Positions 23,401 to 35,497 of a DNA stretch of 64,000 nt are shown piece after piece. Positions within the stretch are counted from its first letter, which is position 1. Every line of letters begins with the position of its first letter. Source of the DNA: Lepidodermella squamata (lineage: Eukaryota; Animalia; Gastrotricha); contig JBLDXI010000002.1 of the NCBI GenBank assembly GCA_047495785.1, positions 372,001 to 436,000 of the forward strand, in the 5' to 3' direction. Under the pieces are notes generated by a model. That model was not told where the DNA came from. It saw nothing but the letters and a program-made list of their open reading frames with translations, and did no database searches. The translations under genes were made by a program, and so were the position numbers.

Positions 23401-26200
23401 TCAAGCTCACCGCAATGTAACAAAGTCTTGAATAATATTAAAATTGTGTCAGGCCAGACTTGGACCGATAAATCAAACTGAATATTAACAACTTCAGCAA
23501 TTATCAACTCAATTTTAAATAATGAATAAATAAATAAAATTGGGTTCACTGGTTCCACTGAGGTCGCACATTTCAAGTATTATCAAGTTATAATTTTTTC
23601 GTATCACTCGAATTCAACTAAAGATAAAGCAAAATTCACAATTTGCTTTTGGATTTATGTTTTATCGAAATTCGGCATTATTCTGACCGATAGCATATAA
23701 TGTAGTATATAATGCCTGGCAAAATTCTACTCAGCTGATTTTTCGTCAAGTCTCATTTAATTCAACAGCAAAAGGCGATTTTGTCTCGACGGAATAAAAC
23801 CTCAACGCAACTTGAAAATTCGCAAAAATCTAAAAACATCCAACTTAATTTTTACAATTAGTTCGTGTTTTCTCAAGAAAAAAAATGCTTTTTTTGCTAA
23901 CTGCCAAGACATTCGCAGGCTCACTCTAAAAAACTTAATTTAGTCGCAAATTTAGTTGTCCTACTACCGGCTTTGGCGAGCCTTGCAGTAACTGCCACGC
24001 CGGTTTAGATTTGAAATGTGCCACGGCCTCAACGCATTTTTGGGTCGGCGGTTCGCATTATTAGGGGTAATAATAGCAGGGCACGCGCGCACACTAGCCA
24101 CACTGACAAGCCACGCCGTTCATTATTACTAAATACGGTAGTCGTCGTCATTCGTAATAACGTTTGCTATAACTACAAAAGCAAAAACAACAGAAGTCTT
24201 GAGATTTCAATTATTGTTACATGTCGCCAGCGATTTCAGATTTTTTGATGTTTAGTGGTAAAATGTTCATTTTAATTTCCTGCTATAGATATTAATAGTC
24301 TGTTTTCTGAAGAATGTGCCAGGCTAAAAGCAATAATGGTTTTGAAGGTAATTTTAGCTGTCGCCAAAGCTTATGCAATTATTTCAGTATTTCAGCTAGG
24401 AAATCAGTGAATTTTCAACGGTTTCAAGTTCCGATGGCTCTTTGTCTAGCATGAGATCGACGACGCTCGTCCATGTAAGTGAAAACTCCAAAGTTCATTT
24501 TTGTGTCTCTATTTTTGCCTTAACAGGGTCTATGAAGAAAGTTCGTGAAAGCATTCGGTTTGAGATTCGAATTTTGGGGGCGGATTGTTCGGACCTTTAG
24601 CCCCAGCCCATTGCTTTTATTATCATGGTAAGCATTACGCTTTATCGTGTTATTTTCGTTGACTTGGTTTTTTTACACAGATGCTTCGAATTAAGATAAC
24701 TTTCCGAGCCACCGAGGGCGCGTCGTTTCGGGTTTGTGATGGAAACTACGAGATAGCACTAGTCGCGACAAGTGGAGCAGCCAAGAGCAATCGGGTAACC
24801 CGCTTCTAGATGTGTATCGCGATGGCAAGAATTCAGAGCAACGGCGAGGAAGGTGATCAAAGCAGCACAGGCGAAGGCGACGAAGACGGTGAAGATTTGA
24901 CTAAGATGAATGTTTTTAGTGATATTTCCCTCTATGCATTTCTTTGCTGAAGTAATGCAGTGTGATTTTTATAATGATTTCTCAATACCTACTTACGCCA
25001 TTTTTCGCTCTGACTGATGCGCCTTCTACCATTCATCTATTGCTAATTATGCGCCAACTCTGCATTTTCGCTAACTATTTCTTACTCGCATGTGACTTTG
25101 TTCATTTTTTATGTAATAAATAGTGAAAACTACAAGAAAAGCGTCTCTTATAATGGTTACATCGCCGTCGCATCCCGGTTAGTAGTAAGTGAGTAGTTGG
25201 TGACGTGGTAGTTCGGCCAACGTACGACCTAACGGTGAGCTAACACAGGCCCCGTATTCGTTATTTTGAAAATAGCTTACGATGAGATGACCGGCGTTCG
25301 ACTGGGATGGGCTGAATTAATTTTAATTAAGGATTATATAATCTAATTAATATAATTTTAATTAAGGACGATGACCCATAATTATATATAAAGAATTTAA
25401 TAATAGGATCCTATAATATTAATGAAGTAGGAAATTTTCAAAAAATTGATTGAACTTACACTGTTAGCGAGGATTGTGAAAATGACAATAATATCGAAGA
25501 TAGGATGGGTATAGGCGTAAATAGCCAGCCGCCTAATAGGATTCCACGGCCGAAATAGGAATAACGACGGCGTTGCACTGAACCGAAATATGTACCCAGT
25601 TTTATTAAACCGGCGGCTAATGACTAGAAACGTCTCGTCATACTCGCGATCTCTCGGGTCAATGTCCTCAATCGGCGATCCGAGTAAATATTTCGGGAAA
25701 TGATTAGCAACAGCTCGCGGTAACGCCCGGCCTTCAGCTAATTTCGGGTCATTTAACAAAATTTCCTCCTCCTCCTCTTCGGTGTCGACCACTAGCTGCC
25801 CATCGACCAGCCGCGTTTCTTCCATCTCAGCCCGGCGGCGTCGCTCATCGTCGATTCGCTTGCGTTCATCGATGCGTATCCGCAACGCCTCGTACGATGG
25901 CTTATCGAATGGCTTGAATTTAGCCAGCATAGCAGCAGCACCAGGCGGTAAGGATATAGACGGATTGGCTGGGTCGACCTGGTTAGTGCTAACATTATTA
26001 CTAGGCCGAGGCATGGCTTGGCTTATGTCGTCGAAATGGCTCGATGGCGCGACTACACAGGTCGATTTTTCATTACTCGGACCAGGGCTAATTTGCCGTT
26101 CGGATTTGCTCGATTGATTAGGAATTTCTTGCTCCGCACCACGGCCAGATCTAGGCTTATTCGACATGCTAGTAGAATTGATAAAAGGCAAGGCAAACAT
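11406..26200 (-). CDS. Voltage-gated Nav2-family four-domain cation channel, paralog B (many exons, TE-filled introns)
   Basis: ORF pieces 26200-25460, 22729-22346, 22210-22024, 21750-20740, 19565-18930, 16113-15540, 14577-13843, 12912-12517, 12149-11952 and 11802-11406, plus small exons, assemble into all four domains. P-loops NTDYWD/CRETYQP/SFEGWTS/TISGWDN, LLFMTDSQKKYY linker, IQ motif AAKTIQRNWR. The start could be M at 26200 or at 26167. Confidence 0.9.
14895..15112. mobile_element. Short Tc1/mariner-type MITE (TIR CAGCGTGTCCCA.AAG)
   Basis: TA|CAGCGTGTCCCAGAAAG ... CTTATAGGACACGCTG. The internal CGGGTAAAATACC..AATTACCGAACCAGTTAC..TCGGGTTTT motif also occurs at about 13510, 16237, 20108, 20530, 28912 and 55940. 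Confidence 0.6.
16191..17006. mobile_element. Tc1/mariner-type MITE of the same family carrying a nested SINE
   Basis: TA|TAGCGTGTCCCATAAGTA ... TACTTCTGGGAAACTCTG|TA (degenerate TIRs, TA TSD). Internal segments recur inverted at about 34690-34900. Confidence 0.6.
16497..16799 (-). mobile_element. tRNA-derived SINE (about 300 bp)
   Basis: The minus strand starts GGGGCACACAGTAGCTCAGTGG (A box), has GAGTTCGATCCC (B box) and an unrelated body, and ends in an AATAATAAAA tail. Confidence 0.75.
17480..18869 (-). mobile_element. Decayed PIF/Harbinger DNA transposon with transposase pseudogene fragment
   Basis: 29-bp imperfect TIRs GAGCCATGTGATCGAA(GTA/AAG)AATGTTTTTA. Minus strand 18350-18120 gives frameshifted LIGDSGYPCL...RVRIVIECLFGILKGCFR...ILCARCVLHNIA, matching the HARBI1/DDE_Tnp_4 C-terminal motifs. 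Confidence 0.8.
23144..25306. mobile_element. Non-autonomous CCCAG-ended DNA transposon (EnSpm/CMC-like), about 2.16 kb
   Basis: Perfect TIR CCCAGTCGAACGCCGGT / ACCGGCGTTCGACTGGG, flanked by AT on both sides (possible 2-bp TSD). No intact transposase was seen. Confidence 0.65.
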
Positions 26201-27412
26201 CAGTTTTTTGCGTCTTCACTTGAATTTAAAATAAATATCGCCCATATAGGTATGTGGATGTATATGTGTGTATATCATATAAATAAAACCTTACCGGTCG
26301 TAGGTATGCTGACAAAAATCGATCAAGAACTTTACTGCCAGTGCGTAACATCAACATGCCGCGGTGGGACGTACATGCGAGCAATTAATTTTTTCACGAG
26401 CAATAAAAAAAGCCGCCTAAATAAATACGCAACTTGAAATTTATAATTATTACGCAGAAAAAAAATCGCAAGTGCGCATACATTTTTTTGTCTATGTTCT
26501 TCGACTTCATTTTTATATTATATGATATATATTATATACTACGGATGCAGGAAGGGTGACGTGAGTTTGGGTACTATATAGCGAAAGGTAATATGTAATA
26601 TTATTGTATAGATTTTTTGCGCACACGCGCGCGGTTTATCGAACCGTGAAAACTGCCTAGTGTGCGAGTGTGTTGCTAGGCGACGCGCGCGGCGCGGTTT
26701 CCACGCGCGTGACTGACGGGCCAACGCGTGAACTTTTTGCCGCTCTCGCGCGCAATCGATGCGATACTATATCGACGCGCGCGGGAAGTTATCGTTTTGA
26801 AGCAGCAGCAACAACAACAGCCGCCGCGCCACACCTGCTGTTGGTTTTATTTTTGATTCTTTTGATTAAAATATCGGAAATTTCGACCATAGTGACGAAA
26901 AACCAATGCCGCTTGGCAACCAATTCGACTCCGTCTTCCAGGAAAAAATTGAATAATTTTTCAGAATTGATACTGTTGACCTAATTAATATTTTCGATAT
27001 TTATTGATCTCATAGCTTCAAATATCACAGAAAAAACTAATTGCTATCTAATTAGTCGATAAAATATTACGATAATTTTTCTGACAATACACACCCCGAT
27101 GACCACTTTTGGAAATGTCTTCCAAAAACCACTGAACCGTAAATTCGATAACCGTCTTTATTCGAGACATTTAAAAAAAAGTAAAATAAAAAAATGAACT
27201 GATTGAACAAAAATGAGCGTAGTCTGCTAATTAGGTGAACATTTTTTTAACAATTGTTATTGCGGTTAAAGCACGTGCCTCCAAGGTCACGCTCCAATAA
27301 ACACGCTAAATATGTTAATTAATCTGCGATGACCTGATATCGTGGCAAATTGAAATAAATTGAACCGATCAATCAGCAGAAATACTATTAAATAATCGAC
27401 TGGAATAGGAAA

Positions 27413-27634
27413 TATGGCACCCTGAAAATCACCCACTTCAGGGTGACCAACGCTACTGCGCCCATTTTTCTCTCGTTAAGATCGCAATTTTTTCGCCATT
27501 GGCTATTTTATTAAGGCGGCGCGTGGGCATGGTCATGTAGAGCTCGTCCGTGGCTATCTAACGCAGTGAATAATAAAAAAAATCCATCGGGCGGAAAGGG
27601 GCGCCATGGCACCCTGAAAATCACCCACTTCAGG
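27413..27634. repeat. Direct repeat of ATGGCACCCTGAAAATCACCCACTTCAGGG (two copies about 193 bp apart), probably TE sub-terminal sequence
   Basis: Exact 30-bp copies near 27413 and 27606; each contains a small CCCTGAA/TTCAGGG hairpin. Confidence 0.6.
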
Positions 27635-29604
27635 GCCATCTTCAAAATTTCCATTTTCTTTTAATTAACCACAGATACCATTTAAATGACCAGCAATATT
27701 ATGCAGAAGTGAACCTTGTTGTTAGTAAACACAACTGTAAGCGTCTAAAAGCTATGCAAACACCATCGCACAGCGGGCGTCAAGTACTGGCGCTCACTGG
27801 CGCACATTGGCGCTACTAAAATAGAGAGTGGTCATATTCAATTAGCTTTTACGGTATAGCTTATCTCGTTCTAAGCTTTTTGCGTTTATATTCCTGTGAA
27901 ATGTACATGTATTTCATAAAATTTTCACTTATTCTCATCACCCTGATATGTGTTGATTCTCTTAAATCTCGAGGCCTAATCGAAGCTGATGGAGGAAACT
28001 CAACTACTCAAACCTCAAAGTTGGTAAAACCTGGAAATAAATGCAAATTGAATTTCGGTCTATTCGGAGTTTTAGACTTAACCAAACATGATATATTGCG
28101 AAATGCTAATTCGAAATTTATCGAAAATATGAAATTTTTTTATAAAATCGAATAATCTATAGGCTCTAACAAATCTCGATTATGAAACGCAACGGTCTGG
28201 CTCTATCATCGTGTCCATGTTTAATACTGATAATATTTCTTATTTGTCCGTCTGGTCTCCGGTCCGTGATGTTTTTCATGACGATTTAAGCGCGTGATTC
28301 CAAAAGGTCGCGCTCCTATAGTGCCCTTTTTTGAATGTGAATTTTGAATTTTTCGCCGCTTATAAACGTACAAATTCAGTTTTTCTCATTTAATGCATTT
28401 AATAAAATGTTGGCTACCATTTCTCTACCTTATATGTACCGATTTACTTAAAGTTTGAGGAACAATCGAAGCCGATGGCGCTAAATCCTTCAAGTTAGTT
28501 ACCTGTTTGAAAAATTCACAAATATTCGGGGCTATTTGAAAATCGATAAAATATTTCTCACTCAGTTGATTGGAATAATCAGAATTTTTCCCCTTTCTTG
28601 TTATATGAAAATATTAGTACGAAAGATTAGCTTTCCGGCGATACTGACCCAGAAGCATTCGGAAATACCGTATTTTTTTCAGATTGAAGTGGCGACCTAG
28701 GAATTTCGAAAAGATACAAAATTATTTGTCCATGTTTTCGAGCCGGTTTGACCCCCAACCCTGGGCTACTACAGCGTGTCCCATAAGTAACGCAAGCAAA
28801 GAACCTGCACGGCAAATGGTTAAGAAACTCTAAAATGAGAGACAAAGTCACATCTCATGGCCAGAAAATTTTTAGAAAATTTCAAAAAAGCACGAAAGTC
28901 TGAAGAAATTTGGTCCAACTGGGTAAAATACCAAAAATTACTCAACCAGTTACAATCGGGATTTTACGGTTATTCTCTTTCCTAATTTGTGCAGATTCTC
29001 TTAAATGTCGAGGGTTAATCGAAGCTGATGAGGGAAGTTCAAATACTCGATCCTCCAAGTTAGTCACCTGGTGGGGAAATTTACACCAATTTCCTAGAAA
29101 ATTCTGAAATATTTGAAAATCGGTAGAATAGTTCAATTCAAAATTCAAATTCAAAACTTCAATATTAAAATTTCAAATTATAATTTTAGCATGGGCAATT
29201 CTTGAACAAATACGGTATCTAACTTTAACCGAACTTCAGAATCCGTGAAAGCGATTTAATTTTTATCGGATCAACCTGTATTCCGATCACGTTTTACCCT
29301 ACATAAAACAATTCGGGGAAATTCAAACTGAAAACATGAGGGAAATGCCTGATGACTAGTTTTCAGCCGATTTTTTGGTGAAGTGCAAATCTTCAAAAAT
29401 CTAACATTTCGTTTTCAAAAGCTAAGGTGAAATTTAAAAAATCTCTCAATTTCATCAGAAACGAAAAAATTTATAGGTTTTCCGCACTGGTATTTATTTT
29501 ATTTATTTTATATTTTTCAGCAAAGCGAGAAAGCGAATCAACCAAGTCCACTTCTAATTTTTTTGTATTTTTTTTATTGCAGCGTGTCTTATCAACAAAA
29601 TGGC

Positions 29605-30330
29605 ATGTCAACGCTGGTACTGCTCGGCGACTCGTTGACGCAGCGGGCGTGGCAATTTCGCGGAGCCAGCGCATGGGCCGCAATGATAGCGAACCAACTC
29701 GAGCGCAACTGTGACGTCATTTCACGCGGCTTCGCCGGCTACAACACGCGCATGATTCGCTACTACCTACCCGAAATTCTGCGCTCAATTCAGCACCACC
29801 CTAATATCATTGGCTTCATCGTATTTCTCGGCGCAAATGACGCGAGTGACCCGGCTAAAAACGCGCAGCAGAGTGTTCCGCTTGATGAATTTGAGCGAAA
29901 TCTTGCCGCGATTTTGAGGCTAATTTCTAAAAAATTCAGCCACCTTAAACGCGATCAAATCATCGTTGTATCACCACCGCCCGTCGATGAGCCTGCCTGG
30001 ATTATGCACGACAGGTCTAATAAATTGGTTAATATTTACGCGATGGCTTGTCGGAACGTAGCCGCAAAATCCGGGGTGGTTTTTGTCGACTTTCATGCCG
30101 AGGCGGTGAAAGCCGGGGCTGCGCGAAATTTTGGCCATGAAAACGACACAAATGTTCCGGAGAATTTCTTTCGAGATGGCTTGCATCTGGGCCCAGGCGG
30201 GTCGGAGTTGTTGGGTCATGTGCTGATGCCTCATATTACACGGTTGATAAATGGCCAAAAGCAATTTTTGCCGTCATGGGACGAGCTCAATCTCGATCCG
30301 AAGGAAATTATTTTTGAAGAAAAACGCTGA
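29605..30330 (+). CDS. IAH1: Isoamyl acetate-hydrolyzing esterase 1-like SGNH/GDSL hydrolase (intronless CDS, 241 aa)
   Basis: Blocks LLGDSLTQ (catalytic Ser), SRGFAGYNTR, FLGANDAS, PPP and DGLHL (Asp/His). Confidence 0.88.
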   Translation: MSTLVLLGDSLTQRAWQFRGASAWAAMIANQLERNCDVISRGFAGYNTRMIRYYLPEILRSIQHHPNIIGFIVFLGANDASDPAKNAQQSVPLDEFERNLAAILRLISKKFSHLKRDQIIVVSPPPVDEPAWIMHDRSNKLVNIYAMACRNVAAKSGVVFVDFHAEAVKAGAARNFGHENDTNVPENFFRDGLHLGPGGSELLGHVLMPHITRLINGQKQFLPSWDELNLDPKEIIFEEKR

Positions 30331-30485
30331 TTGATATAAGTACCTAAGAATAATATTATTTATAATATCGTTTCTCAAACGTATAATAAAAAATGTTCGG
30401 AAAAAGTTCAAACTTGAATAACGCTTTCCGGTTGCGCAACATTCGAATTTTATTGACCATAAGAATCTGTTTGTAAAACTGAGTA

Positions 30486-30669
30486 CGGCGACAAAACAGC
30501 AACTTCGCAGAACTGCGAATGCGACAAAACAGCAAATTTGTTATTTTGTGGAAAATTAGGGAAAACTTACGATGTAAAAGAGGCATCAAGTTATTCTGCT
30601 GTTATGTCGCAAGTTGAGAAATTTGCTGTTTTGTCGCGTATGCTGTTTTGGGTATTTGCTGTTATGACG
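30486..30669. mobile_element. Palindromic MITE-like element (copy 2 of the 11031-11213 family)
   Basis: TA|CGGCGACAAAACAGCAA...TTGCTGTTATGACG; colinear with copy 1. Confidence 0.7.
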
Positions 30670-31710
30670 GTCTGCCAAGGAATTCAACCTAGAAGGCTGA
30701 CATTAGTGGTCAAATTTGCCACCTAAAACATTAAATTAGGGTTGGGAAGCTCGGGCAACCTAAAAGGTCCCGAACCTCAGATCGAACCTTTTGGAAATCG
30801 GGAAACTTTTTGGGATTTTGCGAGAAAATTCGACAAGTCCAAGTTATCTCAGCCTAGGCCAAAAATTCGAATGAAAAGTGTACTTTTCCAATTACGAATA
30901 TTCACGGCTTTTTTGGACATTTGGGATTCGGAAACTTCTCGAAATTGAACCTTCAGAGCAATGAAATTCATAGGTCGAAATTTGGCATTGAAGGCGAGGT
31001 GAGTTTGAGCGAAATTCGATTTTCGAGAAAATTTTAAGGGCGAATCTTTGTTCTCACAAAGCCGTTGCATATGCAAATGAGCCTACAAAATTGTCCGACA
31101 ATTATTTGTCAAAGTTTTAGCCAACAATATTTTTAATTGGTAAAAATCGAAAATTTATTATTGAAAATTTGTCAAAATCACGGAAAAATCAGGAGTCACT
31201 TCGCCAACCTCTCGTTACAATTTCGGAGTAATTCGGGGAAAATGTGATTTTACCTCAGGATTCGGTATTTGTCAGCTCTTCCTAACGAAGGGTTTCTCAA
31301 TTTGCTCACATTTTTTAACTGTGTTTCTCTATTTATTTGAACTTAAAAACTTCTCTATAGATATCAGTCGATTTATTTCGAGAATTTTCCTAACGAAAAC
31401 TTTGGCTAATTTTGTCTTTAAATAATTAACTTGACAGGTATCGAAGTGGTCTTTGAAGACTCAATCAGAGCCGCAAATGTGTCTGAAAAAAGGGTCATGC
31501 CTATCACTCAATTAACGCTTAACAAAAAACAGCTCTGAATCATTCTCGAAAAAAATCGAAGAATCTCTCGATACGCTCAATTAGCACCACTGCATCATGA
31601 ATCGGCCAACCTGTCCAGATTACCACCGATGCGTATCTAAACATCCGTATTAAAGCTGGATTTTCGCTGCGATAAGCATCATTTTTGCTATAGATCTCAT
31701 TATTCGCGAA

Positions 31711-33435
31711 ATGGATGTTGACCTTCTTGCCGCTGAGACTCGAAAATTACTGCTCGAGGAGGAAATACGGCTTCGTGATAACCGAGCCGCTAACGATCGC
31801 AGCCTCTACTTCAGCTATTGGATATGCTTGAGCTCCCCCTTAATCCTGCTGGGCCTGCTGCTAAACAGCGCCGCGATAGCCGCTGTTCGGCGAGTGGCGG
31901 CTAAACTCATCCGGCATCGCGTTTTCATGTCGCTGGCCGCCAACGACATGGCCCTCATTGTAGCAACCGTTGCTAAGCAAGTTGTTGATTTTCACAATTC
32001 GACGCGTGAAAGCGGCCCGGTGACGATTAGAATCACGCAAATCGTCTACATTCTGTGGCATACCATGTCCATATCACAGTGCTTTAATTTACTGTTTTTG
32101 GTCTTCGATAACATCATTTCAGTGGCTTCGAACATACACTACAACAAAATATGCGGTAAGAATTTTAACTTTTCAAAAACTGAAAAAATTTAATTTCGAA
32201 ATAAATTTGAAAAACACCAAAAATTTAAATTAAAAAATTTTCAAATATTTTTTAAATTTCAAGACCATTTTGAAATAATCGATTTGAAATTAAAAATTAA
32301 AATTTAATTTTTTTTGTTTTCAGTTTCGAAGATACCTGTCATCATATGCGTGTTAATTTACCCGATATCGCTCGGTCTCGGAATCGCCGCTAATTTAACG
32401 ACCCCAATGTCCGAAGATGGGACACCCTACCGTGAGGAATACTTCGTCGAGCTGCTGGGGTTCATATTCAAGCTCGCTCTTCTCATCATTCTGATCGCAC
32501 TCTACACTGGGCTGTGCATCTGGGCCGAATCGAATTTCAAATACGACGACTGGCGGGCTTCGGATGACATGGGCAAATACCTAGGCGATATTCGCAAAAA
32601 ATTGCACGCTATTCTTACGACCAGTTTCTTGATTGTCTCCTATTTTTGCGCCCGTGGACCATTGGTAAGAAAAAATAACTAATTTTTTATTTTTTAATTA
32701 ATTAAAATTTCAAATTTCCAAAAAAATGATTTTTGAAATTTTTTAAAATTTTTAACAAAATTTCAAAGTCTTCACCAAAGTCTTCAAAAATATAAAACCT
32801 GACATTATTTTTAGGTTAAAACTTCACGAGGGTCTGATTTCATTTTACGAATGAATGATTTTCGCCTTAAAAATAAATCCCACGCACGTAATTAATGTGT
32901 TGCTTTTCAATTATAACAGTTAGCCCAGATTTTGGTGCGAGTCGACGACACAAACAACTTTGTCCAATCGCTGAGCTCTAACATTGTCCTGCTATTCGGG
33001 TGTATCATCGATCCGCTGTTGTACTGCTCACTGTTGCGTGACATGTTGCTGCCGCGGTTGCTACGCTTCCCCGTCTTCGCAGCGGCGCCGGACAATCAAT
33101 CAAAATCACCGAAAAACAACAGGCGCCATCAAACGAATGACGCGCGGCGGATGACGCTATCCTACAACAGCGGTGAGCATTTCAAATCTGTTACGGCTGC
33201 GGCTGTTAGGAAAGCCAGGGCGAAATCGACAGTCCCGGTGCCGGTCATCAGCGTGTCGTCTGACTGCTCGAGCGAGGCGAGCGACGACTCGGAACTTAGC
33301 CAAGCCCAGTTGATTAGTACGGCGACGAAAATATGCCGGCTCAGTTTTACGGTTCCACTAAGCCCGACAAGTTCCTACTACACGTCGCGAGATAGCGGCG
33401 AATCGCTGGGGAAAAATCAACCACAGAGTGTCTGA
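31711..33435 (+). CDS. Divergent class A (rhodopsin-like) 7TM GPCR; exons 31711-32155, 32324-32664, 32920-33435
   Basis: TM1 GLLLN, TM2 SLAAND, TM3 end VFDNI (DRY position), TM7 IIDPLLY and a Ser/Thr-rich tail. Splice phases are consistent. Confidence 0.75.
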
Positions 33436-35497
33436 AAAAACGAAATTTATTCATAAATCAAACTTTATTCCGGTGTCAATATTATTTGTTGAGAATGCTC
33501 CAGAAAAATATTTAAATAATTAAAAAAATGTATCTCGTGTGATTTTTTTTTAAATAGAAATTTTTCAAGGTATAATTGGCTCAAATATTATTGTGCACTA
33601 CTATTATTATCACTCAACAATGTTGTAATTGGTTTTGTGAATAAATTCGTCCTATATGTGTAAGACTTTTGAGTTTTTCGACAATTTTTTAAGGTGGAAA
33701 AATCCAAAATATTGATAATTTTCATCGATTTTCACTGAAGTTTGGTGTTTGTAGGGTTAAAATACTGATTTCCCGTTGTATCCCGTGAGGTCCGGTTTCG
33801 CTGCTCGTCAGAATAATGAATGAACCTGCGACCTGCGCCTGCATAGCCCGTAGTGATTTCGCATTGAAATATTAATTCCTACCGATTTTTTTATTATTAT
33901 TTTGTTTCTAATTCAAGATACCATGCTATGCGAAAGGCCGATACTTGATAACTCCGTTTCTAAAACTTCCATAACCGTATTATCTCACCTTATTTATTAT
34001 CTGACCTCCTGAAAATAATTCATACTTTCTAACTATTAAACAAAAAATGGGTAATTAAGAATATAATGAAAATTTCAAAAATATAAAATTTTGATTTTTT
34101 TGTAAATTTAAGTCATATCGAAAAATTCGCAAACGATTATTCCTGAATTGCTTACTTCGTTTATTTGCTTTGAATTCTATAGCTTTCATACTCAGGGCCT
34201 TATAAATTGAGACTACCTAAGTTTAAAATGCTCTGACTGGTCTGACAGGAAACAAAACTGCTATCAAAATTGAAGATTTGCCCAAAACAAAACTTCACGG
34301 GGCAGGCTTGTTTCATTCGGCTACCCGAAATTCGACAAAACAACCCTACGTGGAATTATTCTCGGAGCGTGGAAATTTCGGCTCTAAGCCTCGATAGCTT
34401 GGATATTATTGAAGCCTTTGATAATATATTTCTTAAATATTCCTATTCGTTTTCTGGCCCTTTTATGAGCTGGGGCCCAGTTGTAAAAGTGAGCTTTTTC
34501 AAGGGTCCAAATATTTGCACCACCAAAAATGAGGTTCCAGCACTAAGTTTAAGCGTCCTGGCACTATTTCTTTGCGATTTCGGCGTTTTCGTTTTATGAT
34601 CGATACTGATGCCCTTCCTAAACCTATGAGTTCTTTTTTTGGCTGCATAGTGCCCTAAGCTACGTAGAAAAATTATTGATGTAGGGTTCCAAGATGGCTG
34701 ATATCGCGAAAATCACTGATTTGTAAAATCGATACTTGGAATCGATATCGGCTCTATTAGATGAAGTAAAATCCGTAATATCAAGGCTAGGCAAGATCGG
34801 CTAGGCAAGATAACAAAAAAGTTGAGATTTTAGTGAAGACTAGAAACTCGAAAAACCATATTTTGGGGAAATCTAGTGCTGGAGTCGTAAATTTAATTCT
34901 AGAACCCAACATTTTGGATGCGCACTTGGCACGCCCATTTTTAATTCTTCTTCGGTTAATAGGGATCTTATAGGTTTATATTGGATCGCTATTGGATATA
35001 GGTTAATAAGGGATCTTGGGATCGACGCTAATTTTGAACCCGTTTGAACTCGGCAGTCGGCTAATCCAGATCACCGTCAGATGATTTTATTATCATTTTT
35101 GCGCTCAGTTTGGAGCATGAAAAAAACTTATTGTCTCTCCTTGTAATTTTTTAATTCGATTAACGCGAATAGTTTTCTTCATCTGCTTGATTATAATACC
35201 ATAATTGATCCACCGATCTTTCAATTCGGTTAAGTTATCATTTATCACACGCCGCCTACAATTTTCGCGAAGGTGCGAGAAAAAAAGCGAGAGGGTGCGC
35301 ACACATGCACACGCGGTAACCCAGGGTGCGGGTGCGCCTTCTAATATACATGATTAATGATCATCGATTCTTCTTGTTAAGAAATACGCAAGTGAAGACG
35401 AAGCAAATTGTTACTGTGTCTAGATATAATAAGAAGCATACGCAGCAGGAAAGGAATATGTTTACTCAAGCGTGAAAGCCTCGCAAAAGCTTCTTGA

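Noticed and set aside
29605-30330. Intronless esterase as a bacterial horizontal transfer
   Set aside because: The motifs fit the eukaryotic IAH1 family and splice-acceptor-like signals lie just upstream; lack of introns alone is not evidence.
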